DNA from: Candidatus Uhrbacteria bacterium | Lineage (GTDB): Bacteria; Patescibacteriota; Patescibacteriia; UBA9934; GWF2-40-263 | DNA length: 64,000 nt | Reading direction: 5' to 3' | Assembly: GCA_016219925.1 (NCBI GenBank) | Contig: JACRJU010000012.1 | Coordinates: 6,723 to 70,722 of the forward strand | Part shown: one piece after another, positions 10,233 to 18,982 of the stretch | How the letters are laid out: every line of letters begins with the position of its first letter | Position numbering within the stretch: position 1 is the first letter of the stretch | Translations under genes and position numbers: made by a program | The notes under the pieces: generated by a model | What the model saw: the letters and a program-made list of their open reading frames with translations, nothing else | What the model was told of the DNA's origin: nothing | The model's database searches: none

Positions 10233-11301
10233 GTTTGACGAGTTCCTTCATCTCCTCCTTGAACCGGTTTTTTCCAAATCGCCCAGCTTGGGTTTTAATG
10301 CGATGCGGGTCGTAGCGCCGTTCATCAAATCGGATGAGGTGATCGGCGAGTTCTTCCCAGGTTTGGGTTTCGATGAATTCTCCGCTGATATCTTCGACGA
10401 CCGTTTCGGTCGCTCCGCCTTTTCGATATGCGATGACCGGTCGGCCTGAAGCCATGGATTCAACGGGGGTGATCCCAAAATCTTCTTCTTGTGGATGAAT
10501 GAAGGCGAGTGCATCGGCGTACAGATCATGAAGCGCCTCGTCGCTCACCTTGCCGAGAAATTCAATGTTTGATTTGGCTTGTCGGCGCAGGCCCCTCTCG
10601 ACCGGTCCGGATCCAAAGATTTTGAGCGGGATTCCGGTTTTATTGCAGGCATCGATGACGAGATCAAAACGCTTATACGCCACCAATCGTCCACCGGTCA
10701 GGAACGCGGTTTTGGGACGCGGAGAAATGTGGAAGCGGTCAGTATCAACCGGCGGGAAGATGATCTGCGCGTCTTTGCGGTAATATTTTTGAATGCGCGC
10801 GCGAACCGTTTGCGAGTTTGCTACAAAATAATCGACACGGCTCGCCGCCTGCTGATCCCATTGTCTAAGTCTGCTCAAGACGGGAGGCAGAATGGCTTTG
10901 ACGAGTCTGGGGACGCGGAGCTCTTCCACGTAGCTGTGCGTATCCGTCCAGAGGTAGCGGGTAGGAGTGTGACAGTAGCAGATATGGACGGCTCCGGGTC
11001 TCGTGATGAGGCCTTTTGCAAACGCACTGGTTGAAGAGATCACCACGTCATAATCGGATAAATCATAATGCTCGGTCGCGGTGGGCATCAGCGTGATGTA
11101 CCACTGATATTTTTTGAGCGCGAGCGGGAGGCGTTGCAAAAAAGACGTGCGGATGTCGCGCGTGGCAAATTGGGGGAGTTTTTTGGGATCAAAAAACAAG
11201 GTATAGGTTGGGGCTTCTGGCCAGATCTCCTGCAGAACTTCAAGCACCTTTTCTGCGCCCCCATCCTGAACCAAGTAATCATGAACCAAAGCGATCTTCA
11301 T
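10216..11301 (-). CDS. Glycosyltransferase family 4 (WbaZ-like mannosyltransferase)
   Basis: MKIALVHDYL, GGAEKVL, CYCHTPTRY, EEDFGITPVESMASGRPVIA. Confidence 0.93.
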   Translation of the reverse strand: MKIALVHDYLVQDGGAEKVLEVLQEIWPEAPTYTLFFDPKKLPQFATRDIRTSFLQRLPLALKKYQWYITLMPTATEHYDLSDYDVVISSTSAFAKGLITRPGAVHICYCHTPTRYLWTDTHSYVEELRVPRLVKAILPPVLSRLRQWDQQAASRVDYFVANSQTVRARIQKYYRKDAQIIFPPVDTDRFHISPRPKTAFLTGGRLVAYKRFDLVIDACNKTGIPLKIFGSGPVERGLRRQAKSNIEFLGKVSDEALHDLYADALAFIHPQEEDFGITPVESMASGRPVIAYRKGGATETVVEDISGEFIETQTWEELADHLIRFDERRYDPHRIKTQAGRFGKNRFKEEMKELVKHAHPC

Positions 11302-11356
11302 AACGCGAACAGGTTACAAGGATCGTCGAGTCTCATCAAGTTTTGTGCAGGCTCTT

Positions 11357-12775
11357 TTAGTAAACTCCCTTTTCTTTGCGGAAGAGGATAACTAAAGGGG
11401 TTTTAAATAAAATGTAGAAATCGAGCCACGGATTCCAATGTTCGATGTAAAAGGTGTCGAGGCGAACTTCGTCTTCAAAATCCAGATCGGCCCGTCCACT
11501 GATTTGGGCCATGCCGGTGATGCCGGGCTTAACGGTATGAACTTTACGATGCTCGGGGCGATATTTTTCGACTTCTTCTGGGAGATGCGGTCGCGGACCC
11601 ACGAGCGACATCCGTCCAGCAAAGACTAAAAAGAATTCAGGCAGTTCATCAATCGAGTAGGTGCGAATAAATCGCCCCACGCGAGTCACGCGCGGGTCGT
11701 TTTTGATTTTGACCATGGGTGTTCCTTTGCGAATGTCTTGGTTTGCGAGTTCTTTATAGCGCATGAAATGGGTGCCGGGAACCATCGAGCGAAATTTGAA
11801 ATAGCGAAAGGCTTTGCCATTTTGACCGATCCGAACGCTCGGCATATTTTTATCAATTTTGGCGAAGAACACCGGTCCGCGCGAATCAAGTTTGATGGCG
11901 ATCGCGGTCAACAGCATGATCGGACTGGTCAGCACGATCAATAGGAGCGAACCGGCAATATCAAACAGACGTTTATAAATAGCCCCCCATCCATCCAATG
12001 GCGTTTTTTGCACTTCGATAACCGGAACGCCCGCATACGTGTGATGAACAGATCGTCCAACCGCGGCGCCGAATAAATCAGCCGTGAACAGAAATCCAAG
12101 ATGTTCACTTTCGGTTAGACTGATAAGAGCCAGACGCGTCTCACCACTTGCTTCGCTATCGGCAAGGATCACCTCGTCGAGTTTATCCTCTCTGGCCATT
12201 TGGGTGAGTCGTTTACTCAACGCTTTATCAAACGAAGCAAAATGGCCGACCACGCGAAATCCGAAGCGTGCTTTTTTTTTGAAGTCTTCGACAAGTGCAT
12301 CCGCGGTTGCATTTTTTCCAATAACGACAAGACGATGGGTGCCGATGCCGAGCCGCAAAAGGGAACGCTGAAGCCCTCGCACCACAAGACGGGCTACGGA
12401 CACGAAGATCACTGAGAGACCCCATGAAGCGAGCGCGATAAAACGCGACTCAAAGAGTTCACGAGAAAAAAACAAAATACCAAACACCAAAGCCATGGAA
12501 GCAGAACACGCCAACACGACACGCGAAAGTTCAGAGGCGATCCGAGTGCGATGGGCGGCGTAAAGGCCCGAGAACGCAAACACCACAATCCAGATCAGAA
12601 CAAGAGGTGTGGCGATTTTTAAATATTGTTCGTAGGTGAGATCGAAAATGACCGGACGAATCGCGGTGAACGCTGGATGGAAGCGAAGAAAGAACGCCGC
12701 CGAGGCCGCCGCAAGCAATGAAAAAAAATCGAGCGGAACGAGCAGGAGCGTGAAGGCAAGTTCGGAGCGTTTCAT
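11357..12775 (-). CDS. Priming polyprenyl-phosphate sugar phosphotransferase (WcaJ/WbaP family)
   Basis: KRLFDI, FKFRSM, DPRVTRVGRFIRTYSIDELP, SLVGPRP, VKPGITGMAQI. Likely start is MKRSEL at 12775; the longer track ORF runs into rnpB. Confidence 0.92.
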   Translation of the reverse strand: MKRSELAFTLLLVPLDFFSLLAAASAAFFLRFHPAFTAIRPVIFDLTYEQYLKIATPLVLIWIVVFAFSGLYAAHRTRIASELSRVVLACSASMALVFGILFFSRELFESRFIALASWGLSVIFVSVARLVVRGLQRSLLRLGIGTHRLVVIGKNATADALVEDFKKKARFGFRVVGHFASFDKALSKRLTQMAREDKLDEVILADSEASGETRLALISLTESEHLGFLFTADLFGAAVGRSVHHTYAGVPVIEVQKTPLDGWGAIYKRLFDIAGSLLLIVLTSPIMLLTAIAIKLDSRGPVFFAKIDKNMPSVRIGQNGKAFRYFKFRSMVPGTHFMRYKELANQDIRKGTPMVKIKNDPRVTRVGRFIRTYSIDELPEFFLVFAGRMSLVGPRPHLPEEVEKYRPEHRKVHTVKPGITGMAQISGRADLDFEDEVRLDTFYIEHWNPWLDFYILFKTPLVILFRKEKGVY

Positions 12776-12839
12776 AAGGTTTGTGGATCCAATAGGACTC
12801 ATGGTATCAAAAAATTCCGCGTGAGCGAAATTTTTTGAT

Positions 12840-13301
12840 GTCCTGGGAGAAGTCTGTAAGCCGAATTTTGTCTTCTGTGGGCGCGAGCCCAGAGGAGATG
12901 GCCATCTCTCTAGCCCGATCATTGCTGACCGGATCAAGACCGGCGAAGCCGGTCATAGCGAGCTACCAAACTTGCTCTTTCACCGAAAAGGGTTTGCCAC
13001 GCCATCGTGTCACCACGAGGCGAGATGCGTGGCACACCGGGCAGGGCCCCGTGCACGCCGCATCACTTTTCACCTTTGATCCGGCCGTGAGGCCGGACTC
13101 GTATTGTCTCTGTGGTACTTTCCCTAGGTTTTGAATCCGGGATCAGGGAATATGAATTGCTCCAATTCCGCGAGCCCTGAATCTTATGCCTGGTCGCCGT
13201 TAGCGACTTTTCGTTTCCTGATGCCTTGCGACACCAGGGGTGTTCGGACTTTCCTCTCCATCCTTTTGATGGATGCAGCGGCCATCCGACTTTCCCAGGA
13301 C
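12840..13301 (-). ncRNA. rnpB: RNase P RNA
   Basis: Minus strand has GAGGAAAGTCC (P4 5'), GGAAAGTACCACAGA, GGTGAAA, GGCAAACCC and ACAAAATTCGGCTTA (P4 3'); terminal helix GTCCTGGGAAAGTC/GACTTCTCCCAGGAC. Confidence 0.95.
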
Positions 13302-13307
13302 GTGGCG

Positions 13308-13336
13308 ATGATAGCAATTTTTTCTTTAGATGTCAA
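13308..13336 (-). promoter_or_regulatory. sigma70 promoter of rnpB
   Basis: TTGACA-17 nt-TATCAT ending 6-7 nt before the predicted 5' end of the RNA. Confidence 0.8.
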
Positions 13337-13337
13337 T

Positions 13338-13363
13338 AAAAAAACCGTCAGGCAGGCCGACGG
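13338..13363 (-). terminator. Intrinsic terminator overlapping the end of the membrane protein gene
   Basis: Minus strand CCGTCGGCCTGCCTGACGG followed by a T run. Confidence 0.55.
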
Positions 13364-13971
13364 GCGAGGGCATCGCGCTGGGTGCGCAGATGGACGAAGT
13401 GGAAGTGTGCCATTACAAGCAGACACACCCCTGAAGAGAGGGAGGAGCGCAGGCTGTAGATTCCCGCGAGCGTGTTGCCATGCACGAACGCCGGGATCAT
13501 GCTTACGACTGAGGCCAACAAGGCGATTCCCCAAGCGGAGAACGATTCAGTGTTTCTGCGTTCCCGCACCATGCGTGTAAACAACGGAATGTAGCCGGCG
13601 GTCATGAGCGCCTGGGAGAAGAGGTTGGACTTCCAAGCGTCCGAGAAGACGACACCGTAGAGAACGATCGCTCCAGACGCGATGAGATACTTCTTCTCAA
13701 ACGGCTGAAGAGTGAATCGACGGGGTCCGGTCAGAGCGACAGCCAGAGTGATTGCGAGCGAGACGGCAACGTCGATGGTGTTGAGGATGCCCGAGAGCAG
13801 ATCGAAATGAGCTTCGATCACATAGCTCACAAAACTGATTGTGTCCCCTGTGGCGAACACAACCCACGTCGAGAGCGTTGGCTCGATCGATCGCGCTCGG
13901 ATTTGGCAGATGTAGCGAACGGCCAAGGCGAGCATAAGAGCCGCCGTGACAATGGCACAGACGGTTTTCAT
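13348..13971 (-). CDS. Multi-pass membrane protein with two repeated halves (PQ-loop/SemiSWEET-like topology, possible transporter)
   Basis: About 7 hydrophobic segments; PTLSTW and TESFSAW repeats; GGAGG RBS. Confidence 0.6.
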   Translation of the reverse strand: MKTVCAIVTAALMLALAVRYICQIRARSIEPTLSTWVVFATGDTISFVSYVIEAHFDLLSGILNTIDVAVSLAITLAVALTGPRRFTLQPFEKKYLIASGAIVLYGVVFSDAWKSNLFSQALMTAGYIPLFTRMVRERRNTESFSAWGIALLASVVSMIPAFVHGNTLAGIYSLRSSLSSGVCLLVMAHFHFVHLRTQRDALARRPA

Positions 13972-13986
13972 GCAAACCTCCTTCGT

Positions 13987-14082
13987 TCAGGGCATGAGGA
14001 TTTTGACCAATCCGGGGATGGTCGGCAGGTAGGCCAGGACGATCGTAATGATAGCCCACGTACGCATCTCGGCGTTGCTCAT
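13987..14082 (-). CDS. Putative 31-aa single-TM small protein MSNAEMRTWAIITIVLAYLPTIPGLVKILMP
   Basis: ATG..TGA ORF between a TTGACA promoter and the RBS of the next gene; hydrophobic core. Confidence 0.45.
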   Translation of the reverse strand: MSNAEMRTWAIITIVLAYLPTIPGLVKILMP

Positions 14083-14128
14083 AATAGCTTTCTTTTCTGC
14101 GAGTGAATGTGCAAGACGACGAATGAAT

Positions 14129-14156
14129 AGCTTACGCTTTGTTGGGTGTCTGTCAA
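14129..14156 (-). promoter_or_regulatory. Putative sigma70 promoter for the small-protein/membrane-protein unit
   Basis: TTGACA-16 nt-TAAGCT on the minus strand, just after the deoB terminator. Confidence 0.45.
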
Positions 14157-14170
14157 GGAAAATTTTGTGA

Positions 14171-14199
14171 AAATAAAAAGGCCGAGTCTGTGGCTCGGC
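14171..14199 (-). terminator. Intrinsic terminator after deoB
   Basis: Minus strand GCCGAG-CCACAGA-CTCGGC followed by CTTTTTATTTT. Confidence 0.65.
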
Positions 14200-15428
14200 T
14201 AGGCGGCGATGTGGACGATGGCGTCGCGTTGAGTGTCTGCGCAGTTAAAGTGCTGCGCGACGAGCAGACCCACCTCCGTGAGCCCTTCGCCCGTTCCCGT
14301 CTGGAGGGGAAACTGACGGTTCCCCACAGTGCAAGCCAATAGTGGCACCGGCTCGCGGTTGTGGTAGCCGTAGTCGTCGCGGTGCTCCATGCCGTGATCG
14401 GCTGTGATCAGGAGCAGATCGTCCGTGGCGAGCTCCGCCTCAATCATCGGCAGGACGCGGTCGAACTCTTCGAGACAACGCAGAGCGCCCTCGATGTCGC
14501 GCGTGTGGCCGTAGAGACTGTCGGTGTCGACGCAGTTGGCGAAGATGAAGGTTCCCCGCGCAGATGTGGTGCGCGTGTGGCGGACGGCGCGCACGATGCC
14601 GTCGATTGTGAAGGGGTTGGTGTCCTTCTGCTTGGGATGCACGAAGCGCAGGTCGAGCTTCGGATCCAGCAGGCTCGGATCCGCGAGATGATACTCGAGA
14701 TCGTAGTCGGTGTTGACCAGATCGCTGGGCTTACCGACAGAGATCACATGGATGCCGGCGTGGCGCAGGACGTCCACGAGAGTGGGTCCCGGCAGGGCGA
14801 GCACGGCGTCGTGGCGGTTGGCCGTGCGGATGTATTCGCCTTCAGGCGTCTGCACGAAGGCGCGGGCGATCGCCCGTGTGATCGGGATCCCCATCTCGAT
14901 GGCGACCTGCAGGGCGAGATCCGCGATTCGGTGTTGCTCGTTGATCTGGATCACAGCTTCGTCCATCGCGAACTGGATGAGGGGATCACACTTGCTTGCG
15001 TAGACGATTGGCCGTCCGGTGCGAGCGTGCTCCGCGGCGTTGGTTTCGATTACCTCGACCCCACCGCCCATTTGGTTGAACAGAGTCTCGCGCCCGGTGC
15101 GACGCTCGAGCTCCGCGATGTAGCGAGTGTCGAATCCGTTGGGGAAGAGCTTGTAGGTCCGACCATCCACGATGCCGCACATCTCGCGATGTCCGATGAC
15201 GGAATCGGGGGAGGCCGAGGCTTGGTCGAGGCGTACGGCGTGTGCACCGGGTTGCGGGTCGGGGCCAAGAACGAGGCGCGAATGGACGTTCGGATTCAGC
15301 AGAGTGCGCAGGCCCAGCCGGGTCAGGTTGGGGAGAGCGGTTGGCTTCTTGGAGCGATCGAGCAAGTACTCAAGGGTCGTGACCCCCAAAGCATCCAGGA
15401 CGATGAGTACGGCGATGCGCGCGGACAT
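14199..15428 (-). CDS. deoB: Phosphopentomutase
   Basis: IVLDALGV, DSVIGHRE, RAIARAF, RTANRHD, FANCVDTDSLYGHTRD, ITADHG, HNREPVPLL. Confidence 0.88.
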   Translation of the reverse strand: MSARIAVLIVLDALGVTTLEYLLDRSKKPTALPNLTRLGLRTLLNPNVHSRLVLGPDPQPGAHAVRLDQASASPDSVIGHREMCGIVDGRTYKLFPNGFDTRYIAELERRTGRETLFNQMGGGVEVIETNAAEHARTGRPIVYASKCDPLIQFAMDEAVIQINEQHRIADLALQVAIEMGIPITRAIARAFVQTPEGEYIRTANRHDAVLALPGPTLVDVLRHAGIHVISVGKPSDLVNTDYDLEYHLADPSLLDPKLDLRFVHPKQKDTNPFTIDGIVRAVRHTRTTSARGTFIFANCVDTDSLYGHTRDIEGALRCLEEFDRVLPMIEAELATDDLLLITADHGMEHRDDYGYHNREPVPLLACTVGNRQFPLQTGTGEGLTEVGLLVAQHFNCADTQRDAIVHIAA

Positions 15429-15477
15429 GGGACTCCTTTTCTAAGAGCAGAGAACTCTTAGTGACACGGAGCTTACG

Positions 15478-15516
15478 GGAAAAGAAAAATCCCGTCCACT
15501 CTTGCGAGCAGACGGG
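15478..15516 (-). terminator. Terminator-like hairpin between the ALDH gene and deoB
   Basis: Minus strand CCCGTCTGCTC-GCAA-GAGTGGACGGG followed by ATTTTTCTTTT. Confidence 0.65.
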
Positions 15517-15533
15517 TTGGAAGAAGAGGAGCA

Positions 15534-17909
15534 TCAGGCACCGAAGGGCACCCAGATGGCCTTGGGGTGGGTCGCCTCCGCCAGGGCCCGGGCGGAGAGG
15601 ATCGATGGGTCCAGCCAGTTGAGTCGACGGCCGTCTGACACCCACGTGCGCTTGAGGTTGCCGATTGAGACTTCCTCGATGCGCCGACTGGTGTCGGGAT
15701 CGTATCCGAAGTACCAGAACGATCCGACCTCATCGTAATTGCCTGCGAGCATGACCGCGGCCTCGTCGGGCGCTTCGGGCGTGAGGATGTTGACCACGCC
15801 GCCGGGCAGGTCCGAACTCTGCGCGATCGGCACAAGGTCGAGCGCACTGATGGGCCTGGTGCCCGCGAGCATCACGACCGTGTTGCCCTGGGCGATGGCC
15901 TGTGCCATGGGAGCGACCATTCCGAGCAGAGGAAGCTCGTCGGTCGCCCGCACGCCGATCACCCCGATCGGTTCGCTCAAGGTCGTGACCAGCATCGGGC
16001 CGCACACTCGGCTGACCGTGCCGGCGTTGCGATCCGCATAGGCTGCGTTCCAGAACAGCGCCTCGACCGAGGCGTCGAACTCCTGGCGCGCCTGCTCGAA
16101 CGAGATGCCCGTCTGGGCGCGCAGGCGCTCGATGATGTCGAGCCGCTGGTCGGTGAGGTTCTCCGCGAAGAACCGCAGGATCTGCGCCCGGTTGTGGCCG
16201 GTCTTGCCGCGCCAGCCCAGGAAGGCCTTGGCGGCCGCCTCGACCGCACTGCGCAGATCCTTGCGGTTGACGTGTCCCACGTTGCCGAGGAACACCCCGC
16301 CGGGGCCGTTGATGCGGTAGCTGCGGTCTCCGTCGGGGCGCTTGAGCGCGCCGCCGATGAGGTTCCGTCGGGTGCGGTGAAGCGTGAGCCCCACCACGGG
16401 CTCGGGCACACGATCCTCCGGCTCGGGCACACGCGGTTCCACCGGGGGCTGGTCGACCTCTGTGAGGTACGCGAGCATGCCCCGGTCTCCGCCTTCGGAA
16501 CCCCAGCCACTCTCGCGACGGCCTCCGAACTCGACGGCGGCATCGAACTGGTTGGTGCAGTTGATCCACACCGTGCCAGCTTCGATCCGGGAGGCGATGT
16601 CGAAGGCCACGTCCATGGTCTGCGACCACACGCTGGCGGCCAGGCCGTAGCGCGTGTTGTTGGCCAGCTCCACAGCCTCACCGACCTCGCGGAACGTCAT
16701 GATGACGAGCACGGGGCCGAAGATCTCCTCGCGCGCGATCGTGTGCGCGGGCGAGACGTTGGTGAACAGAGTCGGGGGGATGAACAGGCCGCACTGGCAG
16801 GACTCGAGCAGGCACGAATCGGGCTGCCACTTGGTGGCCCCTTCCTGCTCGCCCAGAGCGATCAGGCCCGTGACCTTGTCGAACTGCGCGCGCGAGTTCA
16901 TCGCGCCGATGTCCACGGTTTTGTCGAGCGGATGACCCACTCGCAGACGCGACATCCGCCGCTTGAGCTTCGCGAGGAAGCGTTCGACGACGCTCTCCTG
17001 GACGATCGCGCGCGATCCGGCGCAACACACCTCCCCCTTGTTGAAGAAGATGGCGTCGATGATGCCCTCGACTGCAGCGTCCAGATCGGCATCCTCGCAC
17101 ACGATGAAGGGCGACTTGCCGCCGGCCTCCAGCGTGAGAGCTTTGCCCGATCCGGCCGTGGCCGTTCGGATCTTGCAGGCAACCGCGGTTGAGCCGGTGA
17201 AGGCCACTTTGGCGATGCCCGGGTGGCGCACGAGTGCGTCTCCGGTCGAGCCATCACCGTTGACGATGTTGACGACGCCCTTTGGCAAGCCGATCTCCAT
17301 CAGGATCTCGGCGAACCGCATGGCGGTCAGCGGCGTGGAGTCCGCCGTCTTGATGACGACGGTGTTGCCGGTCGCGAGCGCGACCGCGACCTTCCAGGCG
17401 AGCATCAGGAACGGGAAGTTCCAGGGGATCACCTGGCCGACGACTCCGCGCGGCTTGTGGTTGGGATGGTCCACGCCGAGGGTCTGGGCCCTTCCGGCGT
17501 GGTGTTCGAAGTGTCGGACGACCAGCGGGACGTCCGCGTCGCGGGCTTCCCGGATGGCCTTGCCGTTGTCGAGAGTCTCGAGCACGGCGAAGAGCCGGGC
17601 GTTCTCACGGATCGCGCGGGCGATCGCGTAGAGGTGCAGGGCGCGCTCGAATCCCGAGAGTTGGCTCCAGGTCTTGAACGCCTCGCTGGCGCTCGCGACC
17701 GCGGCGTCGACATCCGCCTGGGTTCCCCGGGGGATGCTCGCCAGCCGTTCGCCCGTGGCCGGGTTGATGACCTCGATCCGATCGGTTGTCCCGGACGGGG
17801 TCTGGAACACTCCGTTGATGAAGTGATCGAAGGTGTCGTTGTGCGAAGCGAGCCAGTGCAGAGCAGACCCTGCGTCCTCGTGATCGCTCGTATAGACAGC
17901 CGTGGTCAT
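15534..17909 (-). CDS. Aldehyde dehydrogenase, ALDH16-type (full ALDH plus C-terminal partial ALDH domain)
   Basis: IPWNFP, FTGST, LEAGGKSP (Glu), GEVCCAGSR (Cys), EEIFGPV; a second ALDH-like Rossmann segment follows the Pro-rich linker. Confidence 0.9.
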   Translation of the reverse strand: MTTAVYTSDHEDAGSALHWLASHNDTFDHFINGVFQTPSGTTDRIEVINPATGERLASIPRGTQADVDAAVASASEAFKTWSQLSGFERALHLYAIARAIRENARLFAVLETLDNGKAIREARDADVPLVVRHFEHHAGRAQTLGVDHPNHKPRGVVGQVIPWNFPFLMLAWKVAVALATGNTVVIKTADSTPLTAMRFAEILMEIGLPKGVVNIVNGDGSTGDALVRHPGIAKVAFTGSTAVACKIRTATAGSGKALTLEAGGKSPFIVCEDADLDAAVEGIIDAIFFNKGEVCCAGSRAIVQESVVERFLAKLKRRMSRLRVGHPLDKTVDIGAMNSRAQFDKVTGLIALGEQEGATKWQPDSCLLESCQCGLFIPPTLFTNVSPAHTIAREEIFGPVLVIMTFREVGEAVELANNTRYGLAASVWSQTMDVAFDIASRIEAGTVWINCTNQFDAAVEFGGRRESGWGSEGGDRGMLAYLTEVDQPPVEPRVPEPEDRVPEPVVGLTLHRTRRNLIGGALKRPDGDRSYRINGPGGVFLGNVGHVNRKDLRSAVEAAAKAFLGWRGKTGHNRAQILRFFAENLTDQRLDIIERLRAQTGISFEQARQEFDASVEALFWNAAYADRNAGTVSRVCGPMLVTTLSEPIGVIGVRATDELPLLGMVAPMAQAIAQGNTVVMLAGTRPISALDLVPIAQSSDLPGGVVNILTPEAPDEAAVMLAGNYDEVGSFWYFGYDPDTSRRIEEVSIGNLKRTWVSDGRRLNWLDPSILSARALAEATHPKAIWVPFGA

Positions 17910-17918
17910 GGAATCCTC

Positions 17919-18860
17919 CTAGGCGATCGCCAGGTAGTGGCCGGCCGGGTAGCGCCCGAACGCGGCGTGGTGCAGTTGGCGCTCCAGGTCTCCCAGAAGT
18001 GAGCTGGCTCCGATCCGGAACCGCTCCGGCTTCGTCCAGTCCTCTCCGAGCTGTTCGTGCATGAGCGCCATCCAGGCCTGGGCCTCCTTGGCCGTCTTGA
18101 TGCCGCCGGCGGGCTTGAAGCCCACGGGGTGGCTCGGATCGATCTCGAGGAAGCGCAAGATCTGGTCGGTCATGACCAGACCGATCGGCAAGGTAGCGTT
18201 GGTTGCTTCCTTCCCAGTCGAGGTCTTGATGACATCGGCTCCGGCCAGGATGGCCGTGGCCGAGGCTTTCGCGATCCGTTCGAGCCTGACCAGGTTGCCC
18301 GTTCCCAGGATCACCTTGAGCTTGGCGCGATCGCCACAGGCCCTGCGGAAGCCGGCGATCTGGTCGTAGAGCGCCTTCCAGTTGCTCTGAAGCGCGAGGG
18401 CGCGGCTGATGACCACGTCGATCTCGGCCGCACCGGCGTTGATCGAAGCCTCGATCTCTTGAGGCTTGAGTTCCTCAGGGCCTTGCCCGTCGGGGAAGAA
18501 CGTCGAGACCGCCGCGACCGGGACCCCGGTTTTTTCCAGACAGGCCACGGCCTCGGCGACCTGCGCGTGGTACACGCACACGGCGCCGACGGTGAACGGC
18601 TCGATCCCGAGTTTCTCGAGGATGTCCGGTCGGACCGGACGCTTGGCCTTCTGGCAAAGCCGATCGACTCGTCCGGGAGTGTCACTCCCATCCAGAGTGG
18701 TCAGGTCGATGCACTGGATGGCATCGACGTGGGCGCGCACTTGCGAACCCCTCTTGATTGGCCGGCGCGCGACGAGCGATTGCGCTCGCTGTTCGACGCC
18801 TCTTCGGTTGACGTGGATCGACTCGATCAGGCCCAAGTCGAAGGCCAAAGTCTCACGCAT
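17919..18860 (-). CDS. deoC: Deoxyribose-phosphate aldolase (long, DERA-like type)
   Basis: IDLTTLDGSDT, AVCVY, GAAEIDVVI, KLKVIL, IKTSTGK, GFKPAGGI, RIGASSLL; ATG at 18860 preceded by GGAGGAG. Confidence 0.95.
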   Translation of the reverse strand: MRETLAFDLGLIESIHVNRRGVEQRAQSLVARRPIKRGSQVRAHVDAIQCIDLTTLDGSDTPGRVDRLCQKAKRPVRPDILEKLGIEPFTVGAVCVYHAQVAEAVACLEKTGVPVAAVSTFFPDGQGPEELKPQEIEASINAGAAEIDVVISRALALQSNWKALYDQIAGFRRACGDRAKLKVILGTGNLVRLERIAKASATAILAGADVIKTSTGKEATNATLPIGLVMTDQILRFLEIDPSHPVGFKPAGGIKTAKEAQAWMALMHEQLGEDWTKPERFRIGASSLLGDLERQLHHAAFGRYPAGHYLAIA

Positions 18861-18908
18861 GACTCCTCCGTAGGAAATTCCCAATCCATGGGGGATAGGG
18901 ATGGACTT

Positions 18909-18937
18909 TATATACAGGTGAAGGCGGCAATCGTCAA
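18909..18937 (-). promoter_or_regulatory. Putative sigma70 promoter of the deoC operon
   Basis: TTGACG-17 nt-TATATA on the minus strand. Confidence 0.5.
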
Positions 18938-18947
18938 GATATTGACC

Positions 18948-18981
18948 GAAAAACCAAAAGAGACCTCATGGGTCTCTTTTG
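18948..18981 (-). terminator. Intrinsic terminator after trpS
   Basis: 11-bp inverted repeat CAAAAGAGACC/GGTCTCTTTTG with a T tract on the minus strand. Confidence 0.75.
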
Positions 18982-18982
18982 A

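Noticed and set aside
12776-13580. ORFs overlapping rnpB, including the N-terminal extension of the sugar transferase
   Set aside because: The region is explained by the RNase P RNA and its promoter.
16399-16433. Direct repeat GGCTCGGGCACACG in the ALDH gene
   Set aside because: Encodes the RVPEP-x-RVPEP interdomain linker; only two copies.
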